This document shows, one piece after another, positions 30,488 through 40,459 of a stretch of DNA of 64,000 bases. The stretch lies in the NCBI GenBank assembly GCA_004356825.1, contig SMXC01000249.1:21885-85884 (forward strand). The letters are read 5' to 3'. The notes under the pieces are model-generated. The model saw nothing but the letters and a program-made list of their open reading frames with translations, ran no database searches and was not told the origin of the DNA. Source of the stretch: Caldithrix sp. (GTDB lineage: Bacteria; Zhuqueibacterota; Zhuqueibacteria; Oceanimicrobiales; Oceanimicrobiaceae). Position 1 is the stretch's first letter, and every line of letters starts with the position of its first letter. The position numbers and the translations under genes are program-made.

Positions 30488-31372
30488 ATGCTGCAAAAAT
30501 CTTACACGACTTTACTACTCATTGCCTTGATTTTCTGTCGATGTGCGGAGAAGAGTCCAAGCCAAACGAAGCAAACGCCAGGTGAATTTACGCTGCTTAC
30601 TTATAATGTGGCCGGACTTCCTCAGAGTATTTCTCCCTCAAATCCGGAAAAAAATATTCCACTAATCAGCCCTAAACTAAACAAGTTTGACATTACTTTG
30701 GTGCAGGAAGATTTTGTTTATCATAAGGAATTAAAATCCAAAGCTAATCACCTTTACCAATCTCAAACTCAAATAGACTGTTCGCCGCATTTTGTTACTG
30801 ACGGATTAAACCGATTTTCTAAATTTCCATTTGGAAAATTATACCGCAAGGCCTGGGAAACCTGTTCAAATGAAAAAGGCAACGATTGTCTGGCAGCAAA
30901 AGGTTTCACCCTGGCGAAAACGGAAATTGCTCCAAAGGTTTTTATTGATATTTACAATCTCCATCTCGATTCCGGAGGAAGTCCAAACGATACGGAAGCC
31001 AGACGGTCGCAGGTTGCTCAACTGCTGAAAGCAATCCGCACCTACTCTTTCGGAAATGCCGTGATAATTGCCGGGGACCTCAACTTAAACACAACACACC
31101 GCCCGAACGATGTTGAAATTTTCAAAACCCTGCTTACCGGGGCCGGCTTGACCGATGTTTGCCGATCCCTGTCATGCGGCACAGAGTTAGTTGATCGGGT
31201 GCTGTTTCGAAATGGAAATTCTTTAGCTCTGAGGGCCGTTTCCTGGGGATTGGACGAAAATTTTGTGGACGAGCTCGGGCAGAATTTAAGCGACCACAGC
31301 GCCGTTAACGTCCGTTTCAGATGGAAAAAGCGAGACATGCAAGTGTGGACTTCCACCCCACTGGAAAAATAA
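30488..31372 (+). CDS. Endonuclease/exonuclease/phosphatase (EEP) family secreted or lipoprotein phosphoesterase. Only plus-strand gene in the window.
   Basis: 294 aa. Signal/lipobox (LIALIFCRC). EEP motifs LLTYNVAGLP, ITLVQEDF, IIAGDLNL, SDHSAVNVRF. Confidence 0.7.
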   Translation: MLQKSYTTLLLIALIFCRCAEKSPSQTKQTPGEFTLLTYNVAGLPQSISPSNPEKNIPLISPKLNKFDITLVQEDFVYHKELKSKANHLYQSQTQIDCSPHFVTDGLNRFSKFPFGKLYRKAWETCSNEKGNDCLAAKGFTLAKTEIAPKVFIDIYNLHLDSGGSPNDTEARRSQVAQLLKAIRTYSFGNAVIIAGDLNLNTTHRPNDVEIFKTLLTGAGLTDVCRSLSCGTELVDRVLFRNGNSLALRAVSWGLDENFVDELGQNLSDHSAVNVRFRWKKRDMQVWTSTPLEK

Positions 31373-31396
31373 AGTCTAATCAGCTAAAAGTTTCAT

Positions 31397-32446
31397 CTAG
31401 TTAAAAATCTTCTTATCAGTCGCGTGTGCCAGAGCTTCCTCCTTAGCAATTAGCCCCTCCTCAACATAATTCTTCAAAGCCTGGTCAAAACTCTGCATGC
31501 CAAAGGCTGCTCCGGTTTGAATGGCTGAATGAATCTGGTGAGTCTTCTCTTCACGGATCAGGTTGCGGACAGCCGCCGTCGCAATCATAATTTCATGCAC
31601 GCCAACGCGGCCTGTGCCATCTTTGGTGGGCAAAAGTCTTTGTGCTATGATGCCCTGCACTGCGTTCGCAAACATGGCGCGGATCTGCCTCTGCTGCTCG
31701 GACGGAAAAACATCGACAATCCTGTTGACTGTTTCTGCAGCACTCATAGTGTGCAAGGTTGCAAAAACCAGGTGGCCGGTCTCAGCCGCAGTCAAAGCCA
31801 AAGAAATCGTTTCCAAATCGCGCATTTCACCGACTAAAATGACATCGGGATCTTCCCTAAGAGCGCTCTTCAAAGCATTGGCAAACGAATGCGTATGTTC
31901 ACCCAATTCTCGCTGGTTAATAAGACAATTCTTACTCTTGTGTACATATTCAATCGGATCTTCTATCGTTAGAATATGCTCCCGGCGTTCTTCGTTAATC
32001 AAATCGATCATCGCGGCCAGGGTTGTCGACTTGCCCGACCCGGTAGGCCCGGTTACCAGAACAAGTCCTTTTCTCTCGCGGCAAAGATCGTGGATCCCCT
32101 TCGGAGCTCCCAACTCTTCCAGGGGTCGAATTCTATCCGGAATGGTACGAAAAGCCGCTGCCTCACCACGAAGTTGAAAAAAGAGGTTCGTTCTAAAACG
32201 AGCCACATTGGGAATGGCATAAGCAAAATCCAACTCGAGGTTTTTTTCTAATGTTTGGCGCTGTTTGTCGGTGAGGATTTCTGCAATCACCGACCTCAGT
32301 CCTGAACTGGTAATTTGAGTGTTCTCAAGCCGACGCAGGGTGCCGTGGATTCGTAGAATTGGTGGGTTGCCGGCACTCAAGTGAATATCCGAGGCATCTT
32401 TCTCAACTGCAAAGTTTAAAAGTTTATCAAGATCGGTTTTATGCAT
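31397..32446 (-). CDS. pilT: Type IV pilus retraction ATPase PilT.
   Basis: 349 aa. ASDIHL, Walker A GPTGSGKST, Asp box, Walker B ILVGEMRD and His box motifs of PilT/PilU. Confidence 0.9.
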   Translation of the reverse strand: MHKTDLDKLLNFAVEKDASDIHLSAGNPPILRIHGTLRRLENTQITSSGLRSVIAEILTDKQRQTLEKNLELDFAYAIPNVARFRTNLFFQLRGEAAAFRTIPDRIRPLEELGAPKGIHDLCRERKGLVLVTGPTGSGKSTTLAAMIDLINEERREHILTIEDPIEYVHKSKNCLINQRELGEHTHSFANALKSALREDPDVILVGEMRDLETISLALTAAETGHLVFATLHTMSAAETVNRIVDVFPSEQQRQIRAMFANAVQGIIAQRLLPTKDGTGRVGVHEIMIATAAVRNLIREEKTHQIHSAIQTGAAFGMQSFDQALKNYVEEGLIAKEEALAHATDKKIFN

Positions 32447-32452
32447 TTCTCT

Positions 32453-34246
32453 TTAGGAGCCTGTCACCAGTCGTGGTGTGATAAAAATCAGCAGGTCTGT
32501 CTGCTTTTTCGTTTTAGTTTTATGCCTGAACAAATTACCGATTAAAGGAATGTCGCCCAGCAGCCAGACTTTACTTACGGTCTCAATCGTGTTTTCACGT
32601 ATTAAGCCGCCGATCACCATGGTTTCGTTGTTTTTCAAAGTGACAACTGTTTCAACGGAGCGTTTTGAAGTAATCGGCGCGCTGTTGCCTCCCGCACTGA
32701 CTTGCCCGATGACCTCCTCAACTTCAGGGTTCACAAACAAAGTGATCGTCTCATTGTCACTGACGTGAGCGGTAACCCGCAAAGCGATATTAACATCGCG
32801 ATATTCGAACGTGACCACATCTCCCTGGCCGCCAACCCCACGGGTAATTTTCGGAATCGGAAACGTCGTTCCGACGCTGATGTAAGCCTCTTGATTATCC
32901 GTCGCTAGAATTCGCGGGTTTGAAATCAGCTTCGTATTGGTATTGCTGTTTAAGAAATCGATGACTGCACTGTACTCATCAAACGTCAGGGTACCGTAAC
33001 TAATGTTGCCACCAGTTAAAGGGATTTCGGCGCTTTGCCGCACAGGCGTTCCGGAAGGAAGAAGAACTTCGCGAAAGATCTGGGCGTTGATAGTTTTCGA
33101 CCAGTCAATCCCAAGTTTCTCATCACTCTGAGGTGAGATTTCAATTAGTTTTGCCTCAATCATGATTTGCGGAGCCGGCACATCCAGAGCTGCTATCATG
33201 GCATTTAAATGTTGAATATTCTCAGGAGAATCCGTCACAATTAAGGTACTGCTGCGATTTTTTATTTTACCGCCTTTGCCATCTTCATCCGCTGTTTGCT
33301 CCCGTCGGTAACTGTGATAATAAACCTGAACTTTAGCCTGAGGAGATAGAACCTGGATAGCGCTATTTTTTAAATTATTAGCATCGACATATTTTAGCCG
33401 ATAAATTTTTGTTTCTAGTTCCGGTGCCTCGAACTTATCTCTCGGCTTCACCAAAATGACTTGATTCTTGACAATGTAATCGAGACCGCCGGCCTTAACC
33501 ACCAAATCCAAAGCCTCTTTAACGGTCACATTCGCAAGGCTGACGGTTATCGTTGCATTTACATCTTGACTGGCTACAATATTTAAATTGCCTTGTTTAG
33601 CAATCAGGCGAAGTACATTTGAAAGCTGGGCCCCCTTCACATCTAATGATATTCTCTCGGTGCTATTTAAGGCCGGCGGCAGCACATCAACAGATCTATC
33701 TCTTAAACTCTTTGACTCCAGAAAAGCATTTTTAGTCAAAGACGGCTTAGGTTCTGAACTTTCAAATAATCCGGAAAGCTCTGCCGGATAATTAAAAGCT
33801 TCCGACTCTGAGAAGCCCGATAAGTCGGCAGATTCAGGCAAATCCGGTTTGCTTAAATCAATGTAAAACAATCCCATTATGCTTTTCTTTATTTGATATT
33901 CTACAGCACCGGCCAGAATAACAGATATTTTTGCAATCGCCGGCGTCTTCTTTAATTGCTCAACATGAATTTCTCTTACCAGGCCATTTCGATAAAGAAA
34001 ATCTGATTTTGAAAGATCCAGTTTTGTATGTTTCAAATAAACTGTTAAAGTCGAGGAGGCTTTGTCAAATTTGGCAACCGTGGTCACAGGCCCGTCGCAC
34101 TGAACCAAAATGCGATAAAAGCTCGCCATATTAAGCAGCTCAATTTCCCGCAGCTTATAAGTTTGCCCATGACCTGAAGCCGTCAGCCCGAAACTAAATA
34201 CAATAGTGATTAAGCCAAGTAAAGAAATTTTATAACATTTCATCAT
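32453..34246 (-). CDS. pilQ: Type IV pilus secretin PilQ.
   Basis: 597 aa. Signal peptide. N-terminal AMIN/N0-N1-like region. C-terminal secretin domain (VVTLKNNETMVIGGLIRE...LLGDIPLIGNLFRHKTKTKKQTDLLIFITPRLV). Confidence 0.85.
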   Translation of the reverse strand: MMKCYKISLLGLITIVFSFGLTASGHGQTYKLREIELLNMASFYRILVQCDGPVTTVAKFDKASSTLTVYLKHTKLDLSKSDFLYRNGLVREIHVEQLKKTPAIAKISVILAGAVEYQIKKSIMGLFYIDLSKPDLPESADLSGFSESEAFNYPAELSGLFESSEPKPSLTKNAFLESKSLRDRSVDVLPPALNSTERISLDVKGAQLSNVLRLIAKQGNLNIVASQDVNATITVSLANVTVKEALDLVVKAGGLDYIVKNQVILVKPRDKFEAPELETKIYRLKYVDANNLKNSAIQVLSPQAKVQVYYHSYRREQTADEDGKGGKIKNRSSTLIVTDSPENIQHLNAMIAALDVPAPQIMIEAKLIEISPQSDEKLGIDWSKTINAQIFREVLLPSGTPVRQSAEIPLTGGNISYGTLTFDEYSAVIDFLNSNTNTKLISNPRILATDNQEAYISVGTTFPIPKITRGVGGQGDVVTFEYRDVNIALRVTAHVSDNETITLFVNPEVEEVIGQVSAGGNSAPITSKRSVETVVTLKNNETMVIGGLIRENTIETVSKVWLLGDIPLIGNLFRHKTKTKKQTDLLIFITPRLVTGS

Positions 34247-34712
34247 TTTGTAAAACCAAAGTTATAACTTTTCTGCCCTTTTTGCAGACGACCCGGTTCT
34301 TGTCAATGTCCAGGATTTTCAAATCTCCGCTGCTCTCGCCTTCTTTTAAAACGGCATCTCCGATTAAAACATGGGCTTCGTCACCTTTCCAAATAACCCC
34401 CCTGAGTACAAAATTACTCGAGTCAGGGTTAACGGGATCGACTTCCGCCAAACGAAATGCTTCCCAAAAAGGATCACGTCCCCAGGTGGTAAACCTAACT
34501 TGGTTGAGCGTTTTCTTAACACGCGGCCGTACATTTTTCTTAACCTCTGGGGATGTTTGCTCTACGACTCCACTTTTGGCTTCAACTTTTTCTGCAGTTT
34601 CAATTTGAGGCTGCTCAGGCTCTCCGCAAACAAACTGGTTCAACACAAAAGTCACTACAATGCTGCCTGTGAGTGCAATTAATCTCTTTTCACTTTTTTT
34701 CAACGATGCCAT
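34230..34712 (-). CDS. PilP-like pilus assembly lipoprotein or periplasmic protein (assigned by position and size).
   Basis: 160 aa. N-terminal signal/TM. Stop overlaps the pilQ start by 17 nt. Located between the pilO-like and pilQ genes. No strong motif. Confidence 0.4.
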   Translation of the reverse strand: MASLKKSEKRLIALTGSIVVTFVLNQFVCGEPEQPQIETAEKVEAKSGVVEQTSPEVKKNVRPRVKKTLNQVRFTTWGRDPFWEAFRLAEVDPVNPDSSNFVLRGVIWKGDEAHVLIGDAVLKEGESSGDLKILDIDKNRVVCKKGRKVITLVLQNDEML

Positions 34713-34736
34713 TTAAATTCTCGATGATTATCCGTT

Positions 34737-35342
34737 TTAAATTTCAGAGTTGAATCTATCATGAAGGAAAAGCACACCATCAAATAAAACATCAACCTGA
34801 GGGTGGATGCTGTCATTATAAACAATCCTCACTTCTCCCAGTGATATATAAAACGGCAGCTTATCCAAAGAGCTTAAAAACTTACCAAAACTTTTGTAAT
34901 AGCCCTGAAGTTTAAAATGCACAATCAACTTCAAAAGGCCTGCATTGGGTTCCTGCTCATTTTCTTTTGAATTAATCAAAGAAGCATAATCCGGAATAAT
35001 GTTAAGAAATTTTAATCCGAATTTATGTCCGCTTGCTTTTATTTCCTTGATCGCAGCAGGTAAATCATCTTTAAATATGACCTTGTCTTGCAACAATTTT
35101 ATATCATTTTTGATGACCTCCACCTGTTTCCCCAGAGCAAAGACCTGAGCTTCAGTCACACGCAGGCTTTGCAATTTAAAAACGAGATCCTGGGTTTCTT
35201 CCTTAACGATATCCAACCTCGATGTTTTCGGGTGATAAAAAAAGAAAAACCAGCCAAGGCAAACCGCAATCAGCAGTACGCTCGCGATAAGCACAGTTTT
35301 TAATGTTTCGGCCATTCCGGTCATTTTATATTTCACATTCAA
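34737..35342 (-). CDS. PilO-like bitopic inner-membrane pilus assembly protein.
   Basis: 201 aa. Short cytoplasmic N-terminus, one TM helix (LKTVLIASVLLIAVCLGWFFFF), periplasmic coiled-coil then alpha/beta domain. Start overlaps the pilMN stop. Confidence 0.5.
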   Translation of the reverse strand: MNVKYKMTGMAETLKTVLIASVLLIAVCLGWFFFFYHPKTSRLDIVKEETQDLVFKLQSLRVTEAQVFALGKQVEVIKNDIKLLQDKVIFKDDLPAAIKEIKASGHKFGLKFLNIIPDYASLINSKENEQEPNAGLLKLIVHFKLQGYYKSFGKFLSSLDKLPFYISLGEVRIVYNDSIHPQVDVLFDGVLFLHDRFNSEI

Positions 35343-37854
35343 TTGTAAACTCGAGGCCCCCGTCTTCTCTAATTTTTTGGGATTTTAAATTAATTGCATA
35401 AAAATAGTTAGATTTTTCCAAATCCAATAAAAACTTCACGAGATTGACGCCTTCCATCGAATTGTTTTCAAAAGCAACCCCGGTAATCAGCAGAAGTTCC
35501 CGAGTTTGATACTCGTTATCACTGCCCTCAATTTTGCGCGTCTCGTAGCTCACCTTAAGTGAAGTGAATGCTATATTTCTCGGAACCAGATGGCTGAGCG
35601 CTCTTAAATGATTTGCCGCGTTCAGATTAATATCCAGTCTATCAGCGTGCGATTGCCTCAACGCACTTAGTTTTTTCAACTCCCGCCGCAGAAATAAGAA
35701 TCTTTCCCTTCGCGGCTTAACCGCTTCATACTCTGTGCTGATTTGTTTAAATTCCTGTTGGACTTTTTTAAATTGCCGGCCGACATTTTGTGATAGCAAC
35801 GCCATTATCAAAATCGAAATTATCAACGCGTAGCGAAAAATTCTCTTGAGAAATTGAAAAACATGAGACCCTTTCAACTCCTTCGGCAGCAGATTAAACT
35901 CCTTTTGCCTGTCCAGCGCCAGACCAATCGGGACTGCAAAGAGCGGTCCCATTTTGTGCCATTCGGGTTTTTCCTTCAATTTCTTGAAAGATACAAATTT
36001 AAAAGGATTCAGTACTTCAATCTCCAGCTTTAACTCCCTTGAGAGTCGTGGAATCAAGTTTTTCATCAAAGCGCCGCCGCCAGTCACATAAATGCTTTCA
36101 AGAGCCTCGACGTCGAACTTTTCCTTGAAAAATTCAATCGTCCGTTGAATTTCGCTGAGGAGTCTTTCCAGGACGGGTCCCATTAAAGCAGAGACTTCCT
36201 TTAGAGGGATGCCTTCTTTCGTAGTACCATCCTGAGATTCATCCGGAAATCCGTACTTGCGTTTTATACTTTCGGCTCTTTTGGCATCCAGAGAGATTTC
36301 CTCCCCATTGATAAAAATTGCACCGGTCAAAGCCTCAGTAAAGTCGCCGGCACCGGTAGAAATTTGCCTGGCGAATTCTAACTGACCGTTCTTAATAAAG
36401 ATAATATGACTGGAGTTAGCGCCAATATCGATCAATCCAAAACACTTCTGAGGCTCTTTCTTTAAAATTTCATTGAACAAGCTCCAGAGCGCCACTGGAA
36501 TAGTGGAGACTTTTGATGGAACGATTTGGGCATCCTTGAGGATTTCAATATGATTTGAAACCAAATCTTTTTGGGCAGCGATCACAAAAATATCTAACTT
36601 TTCGTCAGATTTATCTTGCTTGTCAATTCGTTTGTATTCAAACAGAGTTGACTCAACCGGAAATGGCAAATCCTTGCGGCAAGCCCACGGCACAGCTTTC
36701 GCCAGCTCCTTTCGGAAACTCTTAGGCACTTGGATCTTTTTAAATAAAACTTTAAGGCCGTAAACCGCAGATGTAATCAAGGCATTCTTAAACGGGCGAT
36801 TTTGAAAATTTTTCTGTAGAACTTCCGAGAAAAGTCGGTTTTTTTGTTTGTCATCCATCTCTGCTGAACAGTCAGGAACAGGATAGCTGCCGAAGTTTAT
36901 GACCTGTAGTCCGCGAAATGTTTTCCTCAGCTGCATATACTTAACAGAATGCGTACCAATATCAAGACCAACCAAACTACTGTTTTCAATCAAAGAGGAG
37001 AGCGGAATTGAAATTTTGAATGCACTTTGTTTTTTTGGTTTTAGCGGTGTTTTTTGAGGTGTCTTGTCCATCCGAAGAGGCGGATCTTTTCGGGAAGTTT
37101 TTTGGGTAACAAAAGCCTGAAGAACAGATGGCTTAGAAAGGGGAAGCGCAGGGGCATTTTGTTGTGTAGCTGGCTTTTCGTCTTTTTCTGGCTTTAGTTC
37201 TCCCTCATGCTCAAATAAACTTTCTTGAATATCGGATTCTTGTCTTGCAACTTCCTCCGTTCCCGCAGGCTCACTTTCAGGCTGGACTTCGGCTTGAATT
37301 TCAAAACTTAGCGCCCCCTCTGAATCCCCTTCTTTAGAATCTTCCAGGATATTTTCGGTTGGCGTCTCGGGTTTATTGCTTGATAATTGGATGTCAAAAT
37401 TTTCCTCCGGTTCCTGCGAGGACGATTCTAAAATGAAAGGGTCTTGGTTGGAAATTTGTTTGAGAACCTCCGGTGGTTCTGAAAAGTCGGTGGCTTCCTT
37501 GTTTTCTTCAGTAAGTGGCGGATCTTCTTTAAACTCTGGCAGGATGAGAGCATCATTAATATCGAATTCTAACTCTTCTGACTGTTCTTCCGAGGCTTGA
37601 GATATGAGTTCAACTCCTCCTGATGGAACCTGATCTGCTTCAACAGCAGACACTTCCTCTACAGCTATTTTCTTAGAAAAAAAATCTATCTCCGAATCCG
37701 GCGGCCCTTCTCCAGGATCAAAGTCATCAGAAGAAAGGTTGTCAGGCAACTCAATGTCCCAATCTTCGGACTGGCCCTGACCAGCTCCTTTCTTTTCATT
37801 GATCAGAAAGTCTATATCTGTTTTTTGGGAGTTCATAATCAATTGGCAAATCAA
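35326..37854 (-). CDS. pilMN: PilM-PilN fusion protein with about 290 aa acidic disordered N-terminal extension.
   Basis: 842 aa. Residues 1 to about 290 are D/E/S/P-rich low complexity. Residues about 290-640 form an actin-like PilM ATPase fold (LVGLDIGTHSVKYMQL..., DIGANSSHIIFIKNG..., IYVTGGGALMKNL). Then the PilN hallmark NLLPKELKG, TM helix YALIISILIMALL, a coiled-coil and a periplasmic domain. Confidence 0.7.
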   Translation of the reverse strand: MICQLIMNSQKTDIDFLINEKKGAGQGQSEDWDIELPDNLSSDDFDPGEGPPDSEIDFFSKKIAVEEVSAVEADQVPSGGVELISQASEEQSEELEFDINDALILPEFKEDPPLTEENKEATDFSEPPEVLKQISNQDPFILESSSQEPEENFDIQLSSNKPETPTENILEDSKEGDSEGALSFEIQAEVQPESEPAGTEEVARQESDIQESLFEHEGELKPEKDEKPATQQNAPALPLSKPSVLQAFVTQKTSRKDPPLRMDKTPQKTPLKPKKQSAFKISIPLSSLIENSSLVGLDIGTHSVKYMQLRKTFRGLQVINFGSYPVPDCSAEMDDKQKNRLFSEVLQKNFQNRPFKNALITSAVYGLKVLFKKIQVPKSFRKELAKAVPWACRKDLPFPVESTLFEYKRIDKQDKSDEKLDIFVIAAQKDLVSNHIEILKDAQIVPSKVSTIPVALWSLFNEILKKEPQKCFGLIDIGANSSHIIFIKNGQLEFARQISTGAGDFTEALTGAIFINGEEISLDAKRAESIKRKYGFPDESQDGTTKEGIPLKEVSALMGPVLERLLSEIQRTIEFFKEKFDVEALESIYVTGGGALMKNLIPRLSRELKLEIEVLNPFKFVSFKKLKEKPEWHKMGPLFAVPIGLALDRQKEFNLLPKELKGSHVFQFLKRIFRYALIISILIMALLSQNVGRQFKKVQQEFKQISTEYEAVKPRRERFLFLRRELKKLSALRQSHADRLDINLNAANHLRALSHLVPRNIAFTSLKVSYETRKIEGSDNEYQTRELLLITGVAFENNSMEGVNLVKFLLDLEKSNYFYAINLKSQKIREDGGLEFTIECEI

Positions 37855-38170
37855 ACGGATTGCCGGCTATATTTGGCTGCGGGTCAGCTTGCTTATCAAG
37901 CGCTAGAGGGATTCCACAAGTCTCGTCGAAAGTAGCATCATAAAGAACGAATCATCGACTTGGAATTTACTCTTTAATAGTGGACGGAGAAGAACCATGG
38001 GCCAGTGTGGTTTTAGGCACTTTTCGGTCAAACCTCTGGCAAAGTTATGGTAATTTTATCTTAAGCCAACAAAGTCACCGGTCCGGTTTTTATAACTGAA
38101 CCTCCAAAACTAATGGAACATTCGGTTCACACGTCACTGTGCTTGCCAAATAACCTTATCTGGCATACGT

Positions 38171-38998
38171 TTAAGGTATCGGCAGGAAATCTGAAGTATT
38201 AAGCGACAATTTACCGTCGGAAAGTTTTTTTAAATAATGGTTTACTTCAAATTCGGCGGGCACTTCCAAACCAATGTCTTTGAGCTCTTCGACTTTTTGG
38301 AAAATTACGGCGGGCTTGTCATCCAAAACAATTTGCCCCTGGTTTAGCACCAGCAGGCGATCAAATGTAAGCGTTTCTTCCGGATATTGGGTAATGAATA
38401 AAGTGGAGATTTTAGATTTATCTCCGGTTCGCTTCTCTTCATAAAATTCGGAAATGATGGAAAGCAGGGATTTCCGGCTGGCGAGATCGAGCAAAGAAGT
38501 CGGCTCATCGAAAATGAGGTATCGGGGGGACATCGCCATGACTGAGGCCAGTGCCAGGCGCTGCATTTCGCCTCCCGAAAGCAGGTGTGGCGGATGATTG
38601 CGGTACTTTTGCAGATCGAACTGCTCAAGCATTTTATCTACAATTTCGTGCATTTGCTCATAATCGACGCCTAAATTTTCAAGACCAAAGGCGATCTCGC
38701 GTTCGACTGTTGTGGAGACGATCTGGTTCTCCGGGTTCTGGAAAACCATACCCACCAGGCGTCGTATTTCGGAAATTCTGGCAGCTTCATTTGTGTTCAT
38801 GTCGTCTACAAAAACTTCGCCTTCGGTTGGCAGAAGCAGGCCGTTTAAACACCGGGCTAAAGTAGTCTTACCGGAACCGTTCGGCCCCATTAATCCAATG
38901 GACTCGCCCTCACGAATAGTCAGGTCTATGCCGTTCAGGACGCGATTTTTTTCCTCGCCATCGGTGTATTCGAAGATCAGGTTTGAAATTCTAATCAT
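38171..38998 (-). CDS. ECF/CbiO-type ABC transporter ATP-binding protein.
   Basis: 275 aa. Walker A GPNGSGKTT, Q-loop, signature LSGGEMQRLALA, Walker B LIFDEPTSLLD, and a C-terminal helical extension typical of EcfA. No EcfT or S component adjacent. Confidence 0.8.
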   Translation of the reverse strand: MIRISNLIFEYTDGEEKNRVLNGIDLTIREGESIGLMGPNGSGKTTLARCLNGLLLPTEGEVFVDDMNTNEAARISEIRRLVGMVFQNPENQIVSTTVEREIAFGLENLGVDYEQMHEIVDKMLEQFDLQKYRNHPPHLLSGGEMQRLALASVMAMSPRYLIFDEPTSLLDLASRKSLLSIISEFYEEKRTGDKSKISTLFITQYPEETLTFDRLLVLNQGQIVLDDKPAVIFQKVEELKDIGLEVPAEFEVNHYLKKLSDGKLSLNTSDFLPIP

Positions 38999-39015
38999 GC
39001 CTAAGCTGGGAATTA

Positions 39016-39432
39016 TTAGCCGAACACCTGCACAACCAGGCTGCGATTTCTTGGGCGATTATCGAAATCGATCAGAACGATCTGTTGCCAGGTGCCGAGA
39101 ATGAGATGGCCGTCTTTGAAAGGGGCGTTAAAAGAGGGGCCAAGCATTGCCGCGCGCACATGAGCGTAGCCGTTGCCGTCCCCCCAGGTTGCATCGTGGT
39201 GGTAGGTAACGCCGGTGGGCGCAAATTTTTCGAATGCTTCGGGGATGTCTTTCAATAAACCGGGTTCATATTCAATGGATGTTATGCCGGCAGTAGAACC
39301 GGCAACAAAAACCGTCAAACTGCCTTCCAAGAGTCCAGAATTTTTCAAGACGGCATCGATTTGTGGAGTTATGTCGATGATGTCTGTGTGACCTTTGGTG
39401 GAAATCTCAATTGAATCGGTTATTATTTTCAT
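39016..39432 (-). CDS. yjbQ: YjbQ/UPF0047 family protein (secondary thiamine-phosphate synthase-like).
   Basis: Family-conserved blocks DITPQI, TVFVAGSTAGITSIEYEPGL, YHHDATWGDGNGYAHVRAAMLGPS and ILGTWQQIVLIDFD. Start taken at the internal MKII (39432) rather than the longest ORF (39459). Confidence 0.75.
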   Translation of the reverse strand: MKIITDSIEISTKGHTDIIDITPQIDAVLKNSGLLEGSLTVFVAGSTAGITSIEYEPGLLKDIPEAFEKFAPTGVTYHHDATWGDGNGYAHVRAAMLGPSFNAPFKDGHLILGTWQQIVLIDFDNRPRNRSLVVQVFG

Positions 39433-39492
39433 GCTACCCCTGTTTGAATGTAGGGGCACACTGCAGTCAGCCCCTACAAATAATTAATCAAT

Positions 39493-40404
39493 TTAAACGT
39501 TTGGATCAAAATTCGTCATTTGCCAAAATTCTTTAAAACGCGTTCGAATCTCTTCGTCGCTTAAATTCTTTAATCGTTCCAAACTAAATTTTTCCACGCA
39601 GAAAGAGGCCATAGCGCTGCCAAAAACAACGGCCCGCTTTAAGTTATCAATAGAAATGTCGTCACTCCTGGCCATATACCCCATAAATCCGCCGGCAAAT
39701 GTGTCTCCGGCTCCGGTCGGATCATAAATAATTTCCAACGGATAAGCGGGCGCCCAGAAGAACGAGTTCCGGGTTATCAAAAGAGCGCCGTGTTCCCCCT
39801 TTTTGATGATGAGAGTTTTTGGGCCCATCTCCTGAACAATCTTAGATGCTTTAACCAGATTCGCTTCGTTCGCCAGCTGCCGCACTTCAGAGTCATTAAT
39901 GATCAGAACATCGACACGTTTCAGTGTTTCCCGAAGCGCCGGCAGATTTCCACCAATCCAGTAGTTCATGGTATCCAGAGCAACTAATTTGGGTGCTTGA
40001 ATCTGCTTCAGTACATCCATTTGCAGATCCGGGCCGATATTAGCTAAAAAAATATATTCGCTGTTTTTATAAGAATCCGGAATTTTAGGTTCAAATTTTT
40101 CAAATACGTTCAGGTGGGTAAAAAGCGTGTCCCGCTCATTTAAATCAAAACCGTATTTCCCACCCCAGCGAAAAGTTTTCCCGTTTGCGACCTCCAATCC
40201 ACTGAAATCAACATTCTTCTTTTTTAAGAATTCAATTTGCTCTCTGGGAAAATCATCTCCGACCACAGCGACCAAATTTACCGGCGCAAAGTACGAGGCG
40301 GCGGCGCTAAAATAAATTGCCGAGCCTCCTAATGCATCTTCAACAGACCCAAATGGCGTCTCAACTGTATCGAGAGCCGCTGACCCAACGACGAGGATAC
40401 TCAT
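39493..40404 (-). CDS. PfkB-family carbohydrate/nucleoside kinase.
   Basis: 303 aa. N-terminal GGSAIYFS (GG motif). C-terminal DPTGAGDTFAGGF (PfkB signature 2). Confidence 0.8.
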   Translation of the reverse strand: MSILVVGSAALDTVETPFGSVEDALGGSAIYFSAAASYFAPVNLVAVVGDDFPREQIEFLKKKNVDFSGLEVANGKTFRWGGKYGFDLNERDTLFTHLNVFEKFEPKIPDSYKNSEYIFLANIGPDLQMDVLKQIQAPKLVALDTMNYWIGGNLPALRETLKRVDVLIINDSEVRQLANEANLVKASKIVQEMGPKTLIIKKGEHGALLITRNSFFWAPAYPLEIIYDPTGAGDTFAGGFMGYMARSDDISIDNLKRAVVFGSAMASFCVEKFSLERLKNLSDEEIRTRFKEFWQMTNFDPNV

Positions 40405-40459
40405 AGGTTGTCTTCCTTAACTTATCCATTTTCCAATTATTTGAAAGACTCTCTAAACT

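Noticed and set aside
31563-32177. 204 aa plus-strand ORF.
   Set aside because: Entirely antisense to the well-conserved pilT. Arg/Ser-rich composition typical of shadow ORFs in GC-richer coding DNA.
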